A stretch of 64,000 bases of DNA from Candidatus Bathyarchaeia archaeon (GTDB lineage Archaea; Thermoproteota; Bathyarchaeia; 40CM-2-53-6): contig JBEKSC010000004.1 of assembly GCA_049517415.1 (NCBI GenBank), positions 1-64,000 on the forward strand. The letters are read 5' to 3'. Every line of letters starts with the position of its first letter. The stretch's first letter is position 1. Below, in pieces: positions 49,301 to 58,312 of the stretch. The position numbers and the translations under genes are program-made. A model generated the notes under the pieces. That model searched no databases, was not told the origin of the DNA, and saw nothing but the letters and a program-made list of their open reading frames with translations.

Positions 49301-51133
49301 ACTTCGTCTGGTACTGCGACTACGTATACGACTACGATTTCTTCGACTGTTCCTTCGACGACTGTGAGCTTGTCGACGGTTACGACTACGTTCTCTGGTT
49401 CTGCGACTACGTATACGGGTACGATTACTTCGACTGTTCCGTCTACTACCGCTTCGTTGCTTACGACTTATACGACGAGTGTTCCGACGACGGAGACGTC
49501 GACGGTTGCTACGGTTACGTTCCCGACTACGACTGAGATTTTGCTGACGACTTACACGACTAGTGTTCCTGTGACGGAGACGTCTACTTCTACGGTAACT
49601 TCGACGACTTCGACTAGTACTTCAACGGTATTGACGACGGTTAGCACGTATGATTCGACGACTGTGACATCAACGCAAACTTCGACGACGTCTACGAGCA
49701 CATCGCTAACTACGACTACTGCAAATGTTGCTACGACTACGGTTTCAACGGTTACTTCTACGGTTCCAACGACGACCGTGGTTTCAGTGACAACCACAAC
49801 GACGAGTGTTCCTACTACAACGGTTTCAACGTCGACTTTGACGATTGTTACTTCGACTCAAACTTCAGTTACGCTGACTACGACCAGTGTCCCCACGACG
49901 ACCGTGTCAACATCTACTATAACGACGCCGTCTACGACTGTGAGTTTGGCTACGGTTACTACGACGCTTTCTGGTCAGTTGACGACTTATACGACGACGA
50001 TCGTTTCCACGGTTCCGTCTACGACTGTGAGCCTATCAACGGTTACTACGACTTCTACGTTGACTACTACAACTTCGACATCAACTTCGACGATTCGCAC
50101 TACAATAAGCACTTATGATTCAACAACGGTCACCGGGACTGTTACTGTGACTGCTTCGGTTGTGACAACGACGCCCACCGTGACGGCGTCTACGGTGACG
50201 ACCACTCCAACGACGACAGCTGCGACTGTTACGGCCACTTCAACCGGGTCCACCCAAACTGTTACTGCGACTTCGACCACGACTAAGGCTACTTCTACGG
50301 TTACGGCTACTACGACTGGGTCTACTCAAACGGTTACTGCAACTACGACCGGTGCGACTTCGACTGTTACGGCCACTTCAACCGGGTCCACCCAAACTGT
50401 TACTGCGACTAAGACTGGTTCAACGGCAACTGTGACTAGCACTTCGACGCAATCTGCAACGGTGACCAACACTGCAACAATTACTCTTACTAATACTCAG
50501 ACCGCGCCCACGGTTACTGTGACGCCTACTGTAACCGAGACGCTTTCTACTGTGACGGTTACCACAACATGCCAAGGAGGTGTGTCGGGCCAGGTCTCAG
50601 CAGACCACGAAGGAGGTGGATGTTCGACCGTTACGGTTACAGGATCCTCAACTGTGACTGTCACTCCAACAGTCACTACAACTGCGGCAACTGTGACCGT
50701 CACTGCAACCACGAGTGTTTCTACTATTACTGTTACTAGTGGGACGACAGCGACGACAACTCTAAGCGGAGGAATCCTCGCCTGTTCCTTAGGTTACTGG
50801 AAGAACCACGACAGCCAATGGCCATCAGCATACAGCCCGAGTCAGACAATTGGTAGCGTCTTCTCACTGCCGTCGGGAGATCAGTATGCTTCCATGACGC
50901 TGCAACAAGGCCTAAGCTTGTCAGGCAATGGGGAACCCAACTTGCTTAGACAGGCAATTGCTGCGCTACTTAACTCGGCCAATCCAACTATCGGCCCCGA
51001 CTACCCGCTAACTACGAGTCAAGTCATAAGTCAAGTAGACGCAGCCATAGCGAGCGGCGACAGTAACCAGATGAACACTCTTCAAACGAACCTGGCTTAC
51101 TGGAACTCGAACTTCACATGCCCGCTAAGCTAG
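46343..51133 (+). CDS. Giant Thr/Ser/Val-rich secreted mucin-like protein
   Basis: Signal peptide, N-terminal InlB-B-repeat-like domain (PNAGYAFHSW), ~1350 aa of Thr-rich repeats, C-terminal globular domain (CSLGYWKNH...AALLN...CPL); no C-terminal TM. Confidence 0.85.
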   Translation: MVKMSQKIVLSLLIIQFAISGLVVATPVAANGTFGVTLASSCGSAGGSVKFGPYGVVNVGQTISVVLGTYSLQYIPNAGYAFHSWSTTGGLFVASSNSPSTTLQVGGTGTLTVNCGTQTTTTTTSTTTISTTTTPPTTTATTTTPPTTTSTTTKPPTTTSTTTKPPTTTSTTTTPPTTTATTTTPPTTTSTTTKPPTTTSTTTKPPTTTSTTTTPPTTTSTTTSSSAPSTVTVTITNTQTSVSVTTVTVTAASTASATVTNTVTSSTTITTTNTKSTTSILTAATFTTTPTTTAATVTTTPTTTAATVTATRTASTATITSTSTGSTVTTTPTQTASVVTTTPTTTAATVTTTPTTTAAIVTTTPTQTASAVTTTPTTTASTQSVTVTTTAATQSVTLTSTASSTTTEVATSTVTTSLSGALTTYTTTISSTVPSTTVSLSTVATTLSGASTSYTTTISSTIPSTTLSLSTITTTLSGVSTTYTTTISSTVPSATVSLATVTTTLSGQLTTYTTTVVSVVPSTTVSLSTVTTTVSGTLTTYTTTIRSTVPSTTVSLSTVATRLFGTETTYTTTISSTIPSTTVSLSTVTTSVSGQLTTYTTTVTSLVPSTTVSLSTVTTALSGVSTTYTTTVPVTVPSTTVATETTSTALSGATTTYTTTLSSTIPSTTVSLSTVTTTSSGESTVYTTTVSSTVPSTTVTSLTTFTTSVPTTVTSTVSTVTFPTSTRTVLTTYTTSVPTTVTSTVSTATATLHTTTNTVLTTYTATITSAVPSTTVSLSTVTTALSGVSTTYTTTISSTVPSTTVATETTSTALSGATTTYTTTISSTVPSTTVSLSTVTTALSGTSTTYTTTISSTVPSATVSLSTVTTTLSGQSTTYTTTISSTIPSTTVSLSTVSTILSDASTVYTTTLSSTIPSTTVSLSTITTTLSGASTTYTATITSTIPSTTLLYITVTTTLSGRSTTYTATHVSTVPSTTLLEITVTTTSSGTATTYTTTISSTVPSTTVSLSTVTTTFSGSATTYTGTITSTVPSTTASLLTTYTTSVPTTETSTVATVTFPTTTEILLTTYTTSVPVTETSTSTVTSTTSTSTSTVLTTVSTYDSTTVTSTQTSTTSTSTSLTTTTANVATTTVSTVTSTVPTTTVVSVTTTTTSVPTTTVSTSTLTIVTSTQTSVTLTTTSVPTTTVSTSTITTPSTTVSLATVTTTLSGQLTTYTTTIVSTVPSTTVSLSTVTTTSTLTTTTSTSTSTIRTTISTYDSTTVTGTVTVTASVVTTTPTVTASTVTTTPTTTAATVTATSTGSTQTVTATSTTTKATSTVTATTTGSTQTVTATTTGATSTVTATSTGSTQTVTATKTGSTATVTSTSTQSATVTNTATITLTNTQTAPTVTVTPTVTETLSTVTVTTTCQGGVSGQVSADHEGGGCSTVTVTGSSTVTVTPTVTTTAATVTVTATTSVSTITVTSGTTATTTLSGGILACSLGYWKNHDSQWPSAYSPSQTIGSVFSLPSGDQYASMTLQQGLSLSGNGEPNLLRQAIAALLNSANPTIGPDYPLTTSQVISQVDAAIASGDSNQMNTLQTNLAYWNSNFTCPLS
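46730..47010 (+). repeat. Coding tandem repeat: about nine 30-bp units (TTT/K-PP-TTTST) with a 120-bp higher-order duplication
   Basis: 46741-46860 and 46861-46980 are almost identical. Confidence 0.9.
47575..50045 (+). repeat. Degenerate 87-bp (29-aa) coding repeats, about 20 copies
   Basis: Unit STVTTxLSGxxTTYTTTISSTVPSTTVSL recurs, with interspersed variant blocks. Confidence 0.85.
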
Positions 51134-51298
51134 ACCAAGCCAGAGCGGCCAGCAGCAGTCCGTAACATTACCACCTAACAAAACGGTGAGCTTGAATTTC
51201 AGTTGATCATAAATTGGATGCTAAAGTTTAGTCGAAAGAAAATTTGACTTGATTAATGTTATTAGCCGTTCGTCACGTATTAGAAATGGCTGACTTCG

Positions 51299-53851
51299 AT
51301 GCAAGGAGTTAGGCTAGCTGTCGCAACAGTTGTAGTTGTTATGATTCTTGCTTCTTCGGTGTCGGCTCAAACAACCCAGACCGGCGTGTTGGGTGCTTGG
51401 AGGGACATAAATCCCACAGCATATCTCACCCCGCCCGCCAACCCGCCTTTGGACTCGGTCTATATGTTAAACGCCACTAGCGGGTGGGCTGTAGGCGAGT
51501 ATGCACCCACGACCGATCCTACTGGTGGCGATCAAGCTTCACCGGTCATTCTGCATTACGATGGTACCACGTGGAACCTTGTTCCTGCACCTAAGAACCC
51601 AACGGAAGCTCCCGCCATACCTGGCGGCTACTCGTTAACTTCCGTGAGTTTCGGTCCACCTGGCAACCCGATTAGTGCAAACGATGGTTGGGCTGTTGGT
51701 TTCGGGTTTCAAGGAGTCGCGGGATCATGTGGAACGGCATTATCCTGTGGCGTCGCGCTTCATTGGAACGGTATAAGTTGGGAGGTACAACTCTCCGGCC
51801 TTACGGGACCCAGCGCAGGCAGCCTATCATCTGTCTTCATGGTTAGCCCGACGGACGTTTGGAGTGTTGGGTCGGATGCTGTTGGTTCGAATGGTGTGTT
51901 TTGGCATTGGACCGGTGTCCCGGGATTAGGTGGAGGTTGGACCCTTCAGGGGACGGCTCCTGGGGCTCCGCTCCTTTCCGTTTTCATGGTTGGCTCAACC
52001 GAGGGTTGGGCTGTCGGGGCAGGGGGCGTAATCTATCATTACTTCGGAGGAGCTTGGACGGCATTTTCGAGTCCGGTCACCGTACTCCTTCGTTCATTAT
52101 TCATGATTAGCCCGACGGAAGGCTGGGCCGTTGGAAACGCTGGTACAATTATACATTATACTAGCGGTACTTGGAACGGGCCTGTTAGCCCAGGCACCAC
52201 TACAATGGATCTTCTCTCCGTTCTGATGGTGTCTTCCACCGAAGGGTGGGCTCTCGGAAAAGGCAGTACGATAGTGCACTACTCAGGCGGATCTTGGAAA
52301 ACTCTTCCAATCAACCGGGTTCCAACGTTACCTGCAACCGGCTTCGACTTCAAGTCAGCCTCTTTCAACACAGCCAGCGATGGCTGGGGCGTTGGAACCG
52401 CGGGCGTAGTCTTGCACTTCGATGGGTCGAACTGGGGAACCGTAACCAGTCCTACGCAGACACCTCTCTCCTCAATATCCTTCGGCCCACCTTCGAAACC
52501 CATCGATCCAGATGACGGGTGGGCGGTTGGTCTAGCGACGTCTAGTCTTCCGGTCCCACCGGCGATAACGGAACCGACGATAATTCATTGGAATGGGTTC
52601 ATGTGGACGAAAGGCATCGCGAGTGGAACGCTGAACGATCTCTATTCAGTTTTCATGGTTTCATCGGGAGACGTTTGGACGGTGGGCGGAGGTGCCACTG
52701 CAACAGCGAGCTGCGCGGTAACTCCATGTCCCGAGATCCTGCATTTCACAGGGGGCACTTGGAACACGCTAACTCCTCCGCCCGGCTCGTACGTTCTGTT
52801 TTCGATTTTCATGGTGAGCTCGACTGAGGGGTGGGCCGTTGGTTGTAGTGGCGCCGGCGCGGGGTGCCTTTCCACCCCTGCGGCAGGTACGGGAATAATC
52901 CTCCATTATACATATTCGGCCGGTGTCGCATCATGGAGTATCTTTCCCAGCGCGGGCACAACGCCGCTTCCCCCTCTTACCTCGGTGTACATGTTGAGCC
53001 CGAACGAGGGTTGGGCTGTGGGTAATAGTGGTACGGTGCTTCACTACACGGTTACGGGTGGAGTTGGAAGCTGGAACGTGGTAGCCGTAGGCGGGTTGGA
53101 CCCAACGGCGAATCTGAACTCAATATTCATGTTAACCCCTACAAGTGGCTGGGCCGTCGGAGGATTCCCTGGTCCGCTCCCTGCGCCCACTGGGCCCTTG
53201 ATAATTTACTGGGACGGAACAGTCTGGAGCCGCGTCGCAACACCCACAATTCCGGGCGTCCAGCTCGTTACTCCGCCGATCTTAAACTCGATTTACTGCA
53301 CTGGGGCTCAAGATTGCTGGTCAGTTGGGGCTGAACAAACTGCGGAGCAACTATTGGCGACGATCTTTCATTGGGATGGTGTCGCGTGGACGCACATTAC
53401 CCTAGCGCCCGCGCTTATCGGCCTCTCATTTCCGACCGTCCTCGCAGCACCCCCAGTCCTCAATTCAGTATTCATGTTATCGCCGACTGAGGGCTGGATC
53501 GTGGGGTCACCGTTTCCTTCTTTCGGGATCAACAACCCACTCTCAACAATTCTCCGCTTTACTTCATTCGGGGCGACATCGGGGGCTACAACGCCCGCAA
53601 TATCAACCACAACGCAGACCGTGGTTTCGACTGTGACAGCACAAGCATCCGTTCAGACATCAGTTTACACACTGCTCACCAGTGCAGCCACAGGGGTTCC
53701 GCCTTTATCCAATCCTAGCGTAGCGCTAGTTTCACTCATTGTGATAGTCGTCGTTGTGCTCGTACTCGGCCTAGTATTGGTGCTGACCCTACTAACTCGG
53801 CGACCAAGACCACGCGTCCGGACACTTTACCCAGTTACTAGAAGGCCATAA
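51299..53851 (+). CDS. Secreted, C-terminally membrane-anchored repeat protein (paralog 2)
   Basis: Same repeats as 43249..45852, including identical WHWTGVPGLGGGW; Thr linker, TM helix, basic tail. Confidence 0.85.
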   Translation: MQGVRLAVATVVVVMILASSVSAQTTQTGVLGAWRDINPTAYLTPPANPPLDSVYMLNATSGWAVGEYAPTTDPTGGDQASPVILHYDGTTWNLVPAPKNPTEAPAIPGGYSLTSVSFGPPGNPISANDGWAVGFGFQGVAGSCGTALSCGVALHWNGISWEVQLSGLTGPSAGSLSSVFMVSPTDVWSVGSDAVGSNGVFWHWTGVPGLGGGWTLQGTAPGAPLLSVFMVGSTEGWAVGAGGVIYHYFGGAWTAFSSPVTVLLRSLFMISPTEGWAVGNAGTIIHYTSGTWNGPVSPGTTTMDLLSVLMVSSTEGWALGKGSTIVHYSGGSWKTLPINRVPTLPATGFDFKSASFNTASDGWGVGTAGVVLHFDGSNWGTVTSPTQTPLSSISFGPPSKPIDPDDGWAVGLATSSLPVPPAITEPTIIHWNGFMWTKGIASGTLNDLYSVFMVSSGDVWTVGGGATATASCAVTPCPEILHFTGGTWNTLTPPPGSYVLFSIFMVSSTEGWAVGCSGAGAGCLSTPAAGTGIILHYTYSAGVASWSIFPSAGTTPLPPLTSVYMLSPNEGWAVGNSGTVLHYTVTGGVGSWNVVAVGGLDPTANLNSIFMLTPTSGWAVGGFPGPLPAPTGPLIIYWDGTVWSRVATPTIPGVQLVTPPILNSIYCTGAQDCWSVGAEQTAEQLLATIFHWDGVAWTHITLAPALIGLSFPTVLAAPPVLNSVFMLSPTEGWIVGSPFPSFGINNPLSTILRFTSFGATSGATTPAISTTTQTVVSTVTAQASVQTSVYTLLTSAATGVPPLSNPSVALVSLIVIVVVVLVLGLVLVLTLLTRRPRPRVRTLYPVTRRP

Positions 53852-53939
53852 GAATCGGGGCACGTAGTCGAAGCATTGAAGATTATGCTATTATCGCTGA
53901 AGCTCTTATTCTTCAGGCGTATCAAAATAGCTTCGAGTC

Positions 53940-54641
53940 GTGCGGAAGTTGAAAAGAGCACTATACGCTTTAGCCGCATTGTTGATTCTATCTTCGCTTA
54001 TCGCGTCGGCCGGGGCTCAGAGTTTTCCGATTAGTCTGAATTTTGGTATTGCGCTTCCTGTGCCGATTGGTCAAACACGCATAGTTACTGTCACCGTGAA
54101 GAATGTTGTCAGCTCGACGGTGCAACTTGTTTTCGTTGGGCTTCGGTTCGAGTGGAGTTTGCCGAATACTTTCTTCATTGGGAACAATAGCCAGAAGGGT
54201 GCGATTTTAGCTGCAGCACAGCAAATCGTATACAACATACCCGTCACGGTTCTAGGTAACGTCACGCCTGGAACGCACCGACTGAGCGCGTACGTTACGT
54301 ACCGTGTGAATAACAAAGGGAAATGGACTGGGACACTCGGAGGGTGGTGGGTCGCAGACCTTCAAATGGCCTACGCACCAATCACGCAAGCCTCAGCCTC
54401 AACCCCACCCTCGACGCCAAGCGCGGCGCCGCCGTCGTCATTTAGCGTTGAAACCGTAGGCGCGCTCGCCGCAGTGGTCGTGATAGGACTATTTCTGGAA
54501 CGTGGCCGAATCAACCGATTTGTGAACAAATACGGAAAAACCAAGACGCCTACGGCCACGCCCGAGAGTGAGAAGCCTAAAGATGAGAAACAGGAGCAGG
54601 TAGAAAAGGAGCCGGACGCAGACCGCTGGACGCAGCCATAG
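53940..54641 (+). CDS. Secreted/membrane-anchored Ig-like hypothetical protein (copy A), altered C-terminus
   Basis: Signal peptide, GLRFEW, Pro/Ser linker, TM helix, charged tail; close paralog of 59687..60373. Confidence 0.75.
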   Translation: MRKLKRALYALAALLILSSLIASAGAQSFPISLNFGIALPVPIGQTRIVTVTVKNVVSSTVQLVFVGLRFEWSLPNTFFIGNNSQKGAILAAAQQIVYNIPVTVLGNVTPGTHRLSAYVTYRVNNKGKWTGTLGGWWVADLQMAYAPITQASASTPPSTPSAAPPSSFSVETVGALAAVVVIGLFLERGRINRFVNKYGKTKTPTATPESEKPKDEKQEQVEKEPDADRWTQP

Positions 54642-54694
54642 CGAGCGGCGACAGTAACCAGATGAACACGCTTCAAACGACCCTGAATTACTGG
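54629..54694 (+). repeat. 66-bp copy of the mucin-gene 3' end (51038-51103)
   Basis: gacgcagccatagcgagcggcgacagtaaccagatgaacac...ttactgg; 4 mismatches in 66 nt by eye. Confidence 0.9.
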
Positions 54695-54721
54695 GCCCTC
54701 TCACCGCCGGTTGAATAAGAA

Positions 54722-56860
54722 ATGAATTTCGCAGAGGGGGAGAGGCGAAAATCGAATCAGATTAGAGCTTGCAACATAGCTCTCGTGCTAGTGCTAGTTT
54801 TAGCATCATTGCCCGCCAACATCTCTCCTATCCAACGTGTCTACGCAGTTTCATGCGACTCATTGCCCGTTAAGATTTATTCCAGTGGCGTTTGGCAATG
54901 GTGGATAAATGACACCACCACCTGCGCCCAGTACTTGGCTAATCAGGCTGCCGTTGACCTGTTTTTCCCGTTCCCAGACCTAGTCGTCGGTTGGTTTCAT
55001 GACCACCTCGGAGGCACAAATCTGCTTGCATCACCAATGATACTCAATCTAATTCCAGCTGGAAGAGGTGCATACTCGTCCGGTGGTAATACAATCGGCA
55101 TTTCGATAGATTCCTTCTATGATTCTTATCTTGGAATCGAAGCGTTCTGGGCGTATAGTTTCATTCTGCAAGAATTTACGAATACTTACATTGGGAAAAC
55201 TGTCAGTGGGGGTTTTCCGAGCGATTGGTGGGCCGATGACCGTAGTCCCTTTCCACTCGTTACCGGAGTAGAAGTAAATACTGCCCTGAATTGGAATAAC
55301 AGTACCGCGGCAGGCACTGCGCAGTATGCCGCGCACTCAGTAGACCCGCAAGTCGTTATGTTCAAACAGCTCTACGACACGTACGGTGCTGGAATGTTTG
55401 ATTCAGCTTTCAACGCAATACGTTCCGATGGCATCAGGTGGGGAAACATTGCAAGTAACCCCTCGGCCTTATTGACGAACTACGTCGCAGCCTACCTCAT
55501 GATTGGAGCAAACGCAAACTTGACCTCGGTCCTGAACGGAATTGTGCCAGGGTTTGATAACACAAACGCTCAGAACATCGAACAAGCCCGAACAAACCTT
55601 CAAAATGTGTCGCGAAGCAGTCCACTGTGGGCCCATTATCTTGAGGGAGATTATGGACCTGCTTTTCATGGGTACCTCTACTTCGGAAACAACATGGTAG
55701 GAGCCCCTGCCGCGGAGTATCAAAGCTACAACCAAAGTAACATTGATTTCAACTATCCACGCTACTTCAATAATGAAACGGCTAATTGCTTCACAAATGG
55801 ACCGAATGCCTTCAGCCTATATCAGGCCACCTTCGATTTGCATCAAAACGGGTATCCGCGCGGCTCAATGTACGCTGTCCTGTACAACGCTTCAGGGACC
55901 ACTAGATCCGGGGCTGTACCGGGAACTGCACTGGCCGTGAGTCAATCAAGAAACGCCACCAACGTTGTTCAAACAACGTTGCTGACTTTCACTTTTCCCG
56001 AGCCATATTCGATCGTGACAGCTAACGGTGGCTATTGCATCAGTGTGAGGTACACGCATGGTGATGCGAATGATTGGGTTTCAACCCTTGGCAGTAGCCA
56101 GGCCCCGCTGAAAGGTGACTTAGCACAGTTGCCTGTTGGTGCCGGATCTTGGAGGGCAAATAACAGCTACAGCATGTACTTCGCGTTAGCTGGAATACAG
56201 ACCAACACTCTGACTGGACACGCTGAAGCCTCACTTTTCAAGCTCTTAGATTCAGCGAACGTGACGAGCGTCGGCTTCTACGCGCATGGTTCCGGAAGTT
56301 TTCGGTTAGCCATATACAACAACTCAAACGGGACACCTCAATCCCTCCTCTGGCAATCTCCTAACACGAGTACGGCTGCGTCCCCCGGCCTGCAACGTGT
56401 GGTGATTTCGGCAGGAACTCCCAGTTCTCTGTCCCTGAACCCAGGAGATGAATGGCTTGTGTGGCAGTGGAATTCTAGTAACGTTGGGCCATCGTACGTC
56501 GTCGGCTCTTTGGCCACGGGCGCTTACCTTACACAGGCTTATGGCGCCTTTCCGTCGACTTGGTCAGGAAACAATGAAACCGTAGCAAATTGGGCAGAGT
56601 ACGTAAACTACACCATACCGGAATCCCCACTCAACTTGAAGATTGTCGCTGGGAATGCAAGTACACCTCTCACCGGTAGCACCGTGGCAATGAAGAATGG
56701 CACAACCGAGAACCGACCCGTCACCTGGGGCAGTGTTTGGGTTAATTTCACCGGTATATCTACCGCAAGCGTCACACTAACGGTTACGTGGGAAGAAACA
56801 GTCGTTTATGGACCTTCAACTCAGAGGCATGCTTCGTGGAAGTTTGGGGCGCCGGGCTAG
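54722..56860 (+). CDS. Secreted multidomain hypothetical protein, possibly C-terminally truncated
   Basis: Signal peptide, helical N-domain (ILQEFTN...GGFPSDWWADDRSPFP), beta-rich domains, many N-x-S/T sequons; ends abruptly at the TA block. Confidence 0.7.
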   Translation: MNFAEGERRKSNQIRACNIALVLVLVLASLPANISPIQRVYAVSCDSLPVKIYSSGVWQWWINDTTTCAQYLANQAAVDLFFPFPDLVVGWFHDHLGGTNLLASPMILNLIPAGRGAYSSGGNTIGISIDSFYDSYLGIEAFWAYSFILQEFTNTYIGKTVSGGFPSDWWADDRSPFPLVTGVEVNTALNWNNSTAAGTAQYAAHSVDPQVVMFKQLYDTYGAGMFDSAFNAIRSDGIRWGNIASNPSALLTNYVAAYLMIGANANLTSVLNGIVPGFDNTNAQNIEQARTNLQNVSRSSPLWAHYLEGDYGPAFHGYLYFGNNMVGAPAAEYQSYNQSNIDFNYPRYFNNETANCFTNGPNAFSLYQATFDLHQNGYPRGSMYAVLYNASGTTRSGAVPGTALAVSQSRNATNVVQTTLLTFTFPEPYSIVTANGGYCISVRYTHGDANDWVSTLGSSQAPLKGDLAQLPVGAGSWRANNSYSMYFALAGIQTNTLTGHAEASLFKLLDSANVTSVGFYAHGSGSFRLAIYNNSNGTPQSLLWQSPNTSTAASPGLQRVVISAGTPSSLSLNPGDEWLVWQWNSSNVGPSYVVGSLATGAYLTQAYGAFPSTWSGNNETVANWAEYVNYTIPESPLNLKIVAGNASTPLTGSTVAMKNGTTENRPVTWGSVWVNFTGISTASVTLTVTWEETVVYGPSTQRHASWKFGAPG

Positions 56861-56896
56861 GGGCCACTAATTGTTGCAGCATTGAAAGTCGAGGTC

Positions 56897-57052
56897 TCAA
56901 TGTTTCAATTCGTGGTGTTGCCCGATGGGTTTACGCAACAAATCGTCAGGCTCGACTCTGTTGATATCTAGTTCGAGAAGTCTCTCGCACTCGTCAGCCC
57001 GTTTTTGGTCTAGCAGAAGCTCTAGGAAGATGTTTGTGTCTAGAAGATTCAA
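56897..57052 (-). pseudogene. PIN-domain (VapC) toxin with an internal deletion
   Basis: MNLLDTNIFLELLLDQKRADECERLLE joined directly to a PIN-like C-terminus (DINRVEPDDLL); only 51 aa; overlaps the antitoxin stop. Confidence 0.75.
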
Positions 57053-57282
57053 TCAACGCGCGACCAAATCTTGTGTTGTAGTTGAACCGAGCTTGTTCCT
57101 ACATTCTTTAGCGCTCCTCTGACCAAATGCCAGTCAGCCCTTCCAGGGGTAGAGAATCGCTTCATTGTCGCCTCAAGCGCAGCCTTCATCGCGCCCTTAT
57201 TGTAACCGTATAGTTCCATTGCTTTCTTTCTGAATTTCTTTGCCAAAGCCTCGTCTACTTCCACTTTGATGATTTCGGGCAT
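57049..57282 (-). CDS. Putative ribbon-helix-helix antitoxin
   Basis: MPEIIKVEVDEALAKKFRKKAMELYG...SSVQLQH; immediately upstream of the PIN remnant. Confidence 0.75.
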   Translation of the reverse strand: MPEIIKVEVDEALAKKFRKKAMELYGYNKGAMKAALEATMKRFSTPGRADWHLVRGALKNVGTSSVQLQHKIWSRVD

Positions 57283-57456
57283 AAGGCCGATAGGTACATT
57301 TGGACCATATAATCCTGGCCAAGAAATAGGGAGCAGAGGATGTAACGCGGGACCGCAGGAACTCACTGCGGCTACGCGGTGAGTATGCATTAGGGTTGCG
57401 CTAAATATGAAGCGCGAATGTGGCCGGTCGAGGTTGTAAGAAGGCTTATTGTTTGC

Positions 57457-57469
57457 TATACGTTGTATA
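57457..57469. promoter_or_regulatory. Inverted repeat TATAC-GTT-GTATA, candidate TA operator/TATA region
   Basis: Lies ~30 nt upstream of the antitoxin start; GGAGGGG ribosome-binding-like site at 57481. Confidence 0.4.
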
Positions 57470-57495
57470 TACGCGCCAGGGGAGGGGTATGGCAA

Positions 57496-57783
57496 TTGGC
57501 TTTGGTCACGGTTAGGGTACCTGAAGGTCTGAAGAAGCAGATGCGTAAGCTCAGGTCGGTTAACTGGTCCGAGCTATTGCGTCAGGCCATCGAGGACAGG
57601 ATTGAGCTGGAGCAACGAAACCTCGTGAAGGATTGGGGTCGCGTTAGGGAAGGTAGCAGAAAAGCTGATGCAATTCGGCATGAGCTGGAGAGAAAATACG
57701 GGCACGTTGATTTCAACAGCGCGGAGACAATCAAGTATTGGAGAGAAAACAGGTTCAGCGCTTCATCACCGACGCCTCAGTAG
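57496..57783 (+). CDS. VapB-type RHH antitoxin
   Basis: VTVRVPEGLKKQM....VNWSELLRQAI; overlaps the downstream PIN gene. Confidence 0.8.
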   Translation: MALVTVRVPEGLKKQMRKLRSVNWSELLRQAIEDRIELEQRNLVKDWGRVREGSRKADAIRHELERKYGHVDFNSAETIKYWRENRFSASSPTPQ

Positions 57784-58187
57784 CGGTAAAGTGGTTTGTT
57801 GACGAGCAAGAGACACAAATCGCTCTGAAACTGAAGCAACTATTCGAAGATGGCGAAGTGGACCTCGAAGCCCCATCCCTGCTAGGCTACGAGGTTGCTT
57901 CTGCACTGCGATTCCACCCCAAGGTCAGCCTAACTCTGAAGCAATTTCGTGGGGTAAGGGAATCACTCGACGAAATGCAAATTTCGCGCGAGCCAAACGA
58001 ACGTGAGTGGAATATGGCTTTTCGGCTCTCCCTAGAGAACACGGTGTCGCTCTACGATGCCGTTTACGTTGCCTTCGCCCTATCGGGCCGATCCAAACTG
58101 GTCACCGCCGACGCCAGCCTTCTCAGCAAACTGAAATTCCCCGACGCCAAACAGAATGTTGTGACGCTCGCAAATCTAGACCTTTAA
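57738..58187 (+). CDS. VapC PIN-domain toxin
   Basis: DASVAVKWF, YEVASAL, SLYDAVYVA, LVTAD. Confidence 0.9.
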   Translation: MERKQVQRFITDASVAVKWFVDEQETQIALKLKQLFEDGEVDLEAPSLLGYEVASALRFHPKVSLTLKQFRGVRESLDEMQISREPNEREWNMAFRLSLENTVSLYDAVYVAFALSGRSKLVTADASLLSKLKFPDAKQNVVTLANLDL

Positions 58188-58312
58188 GCTGTGCCAGATT
58201 TCCCTAGGCCTCGCGGCCCACAGCTCATTGTTAGATAGCAACAACAGCTTTCCTTCCCTGGTCGCGGTCCGGGTTCGGTCTTAATCTCTGGTTTGGCTCT
58301 GTCGCGCAGAGA

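Noticed and set aside
46579..50712. Val-rich and Arg/Leu-rich ORFs overlapping the mucin gene
   Set aside because: Antisense or alternate-frame shadows of Thr codon repeats.
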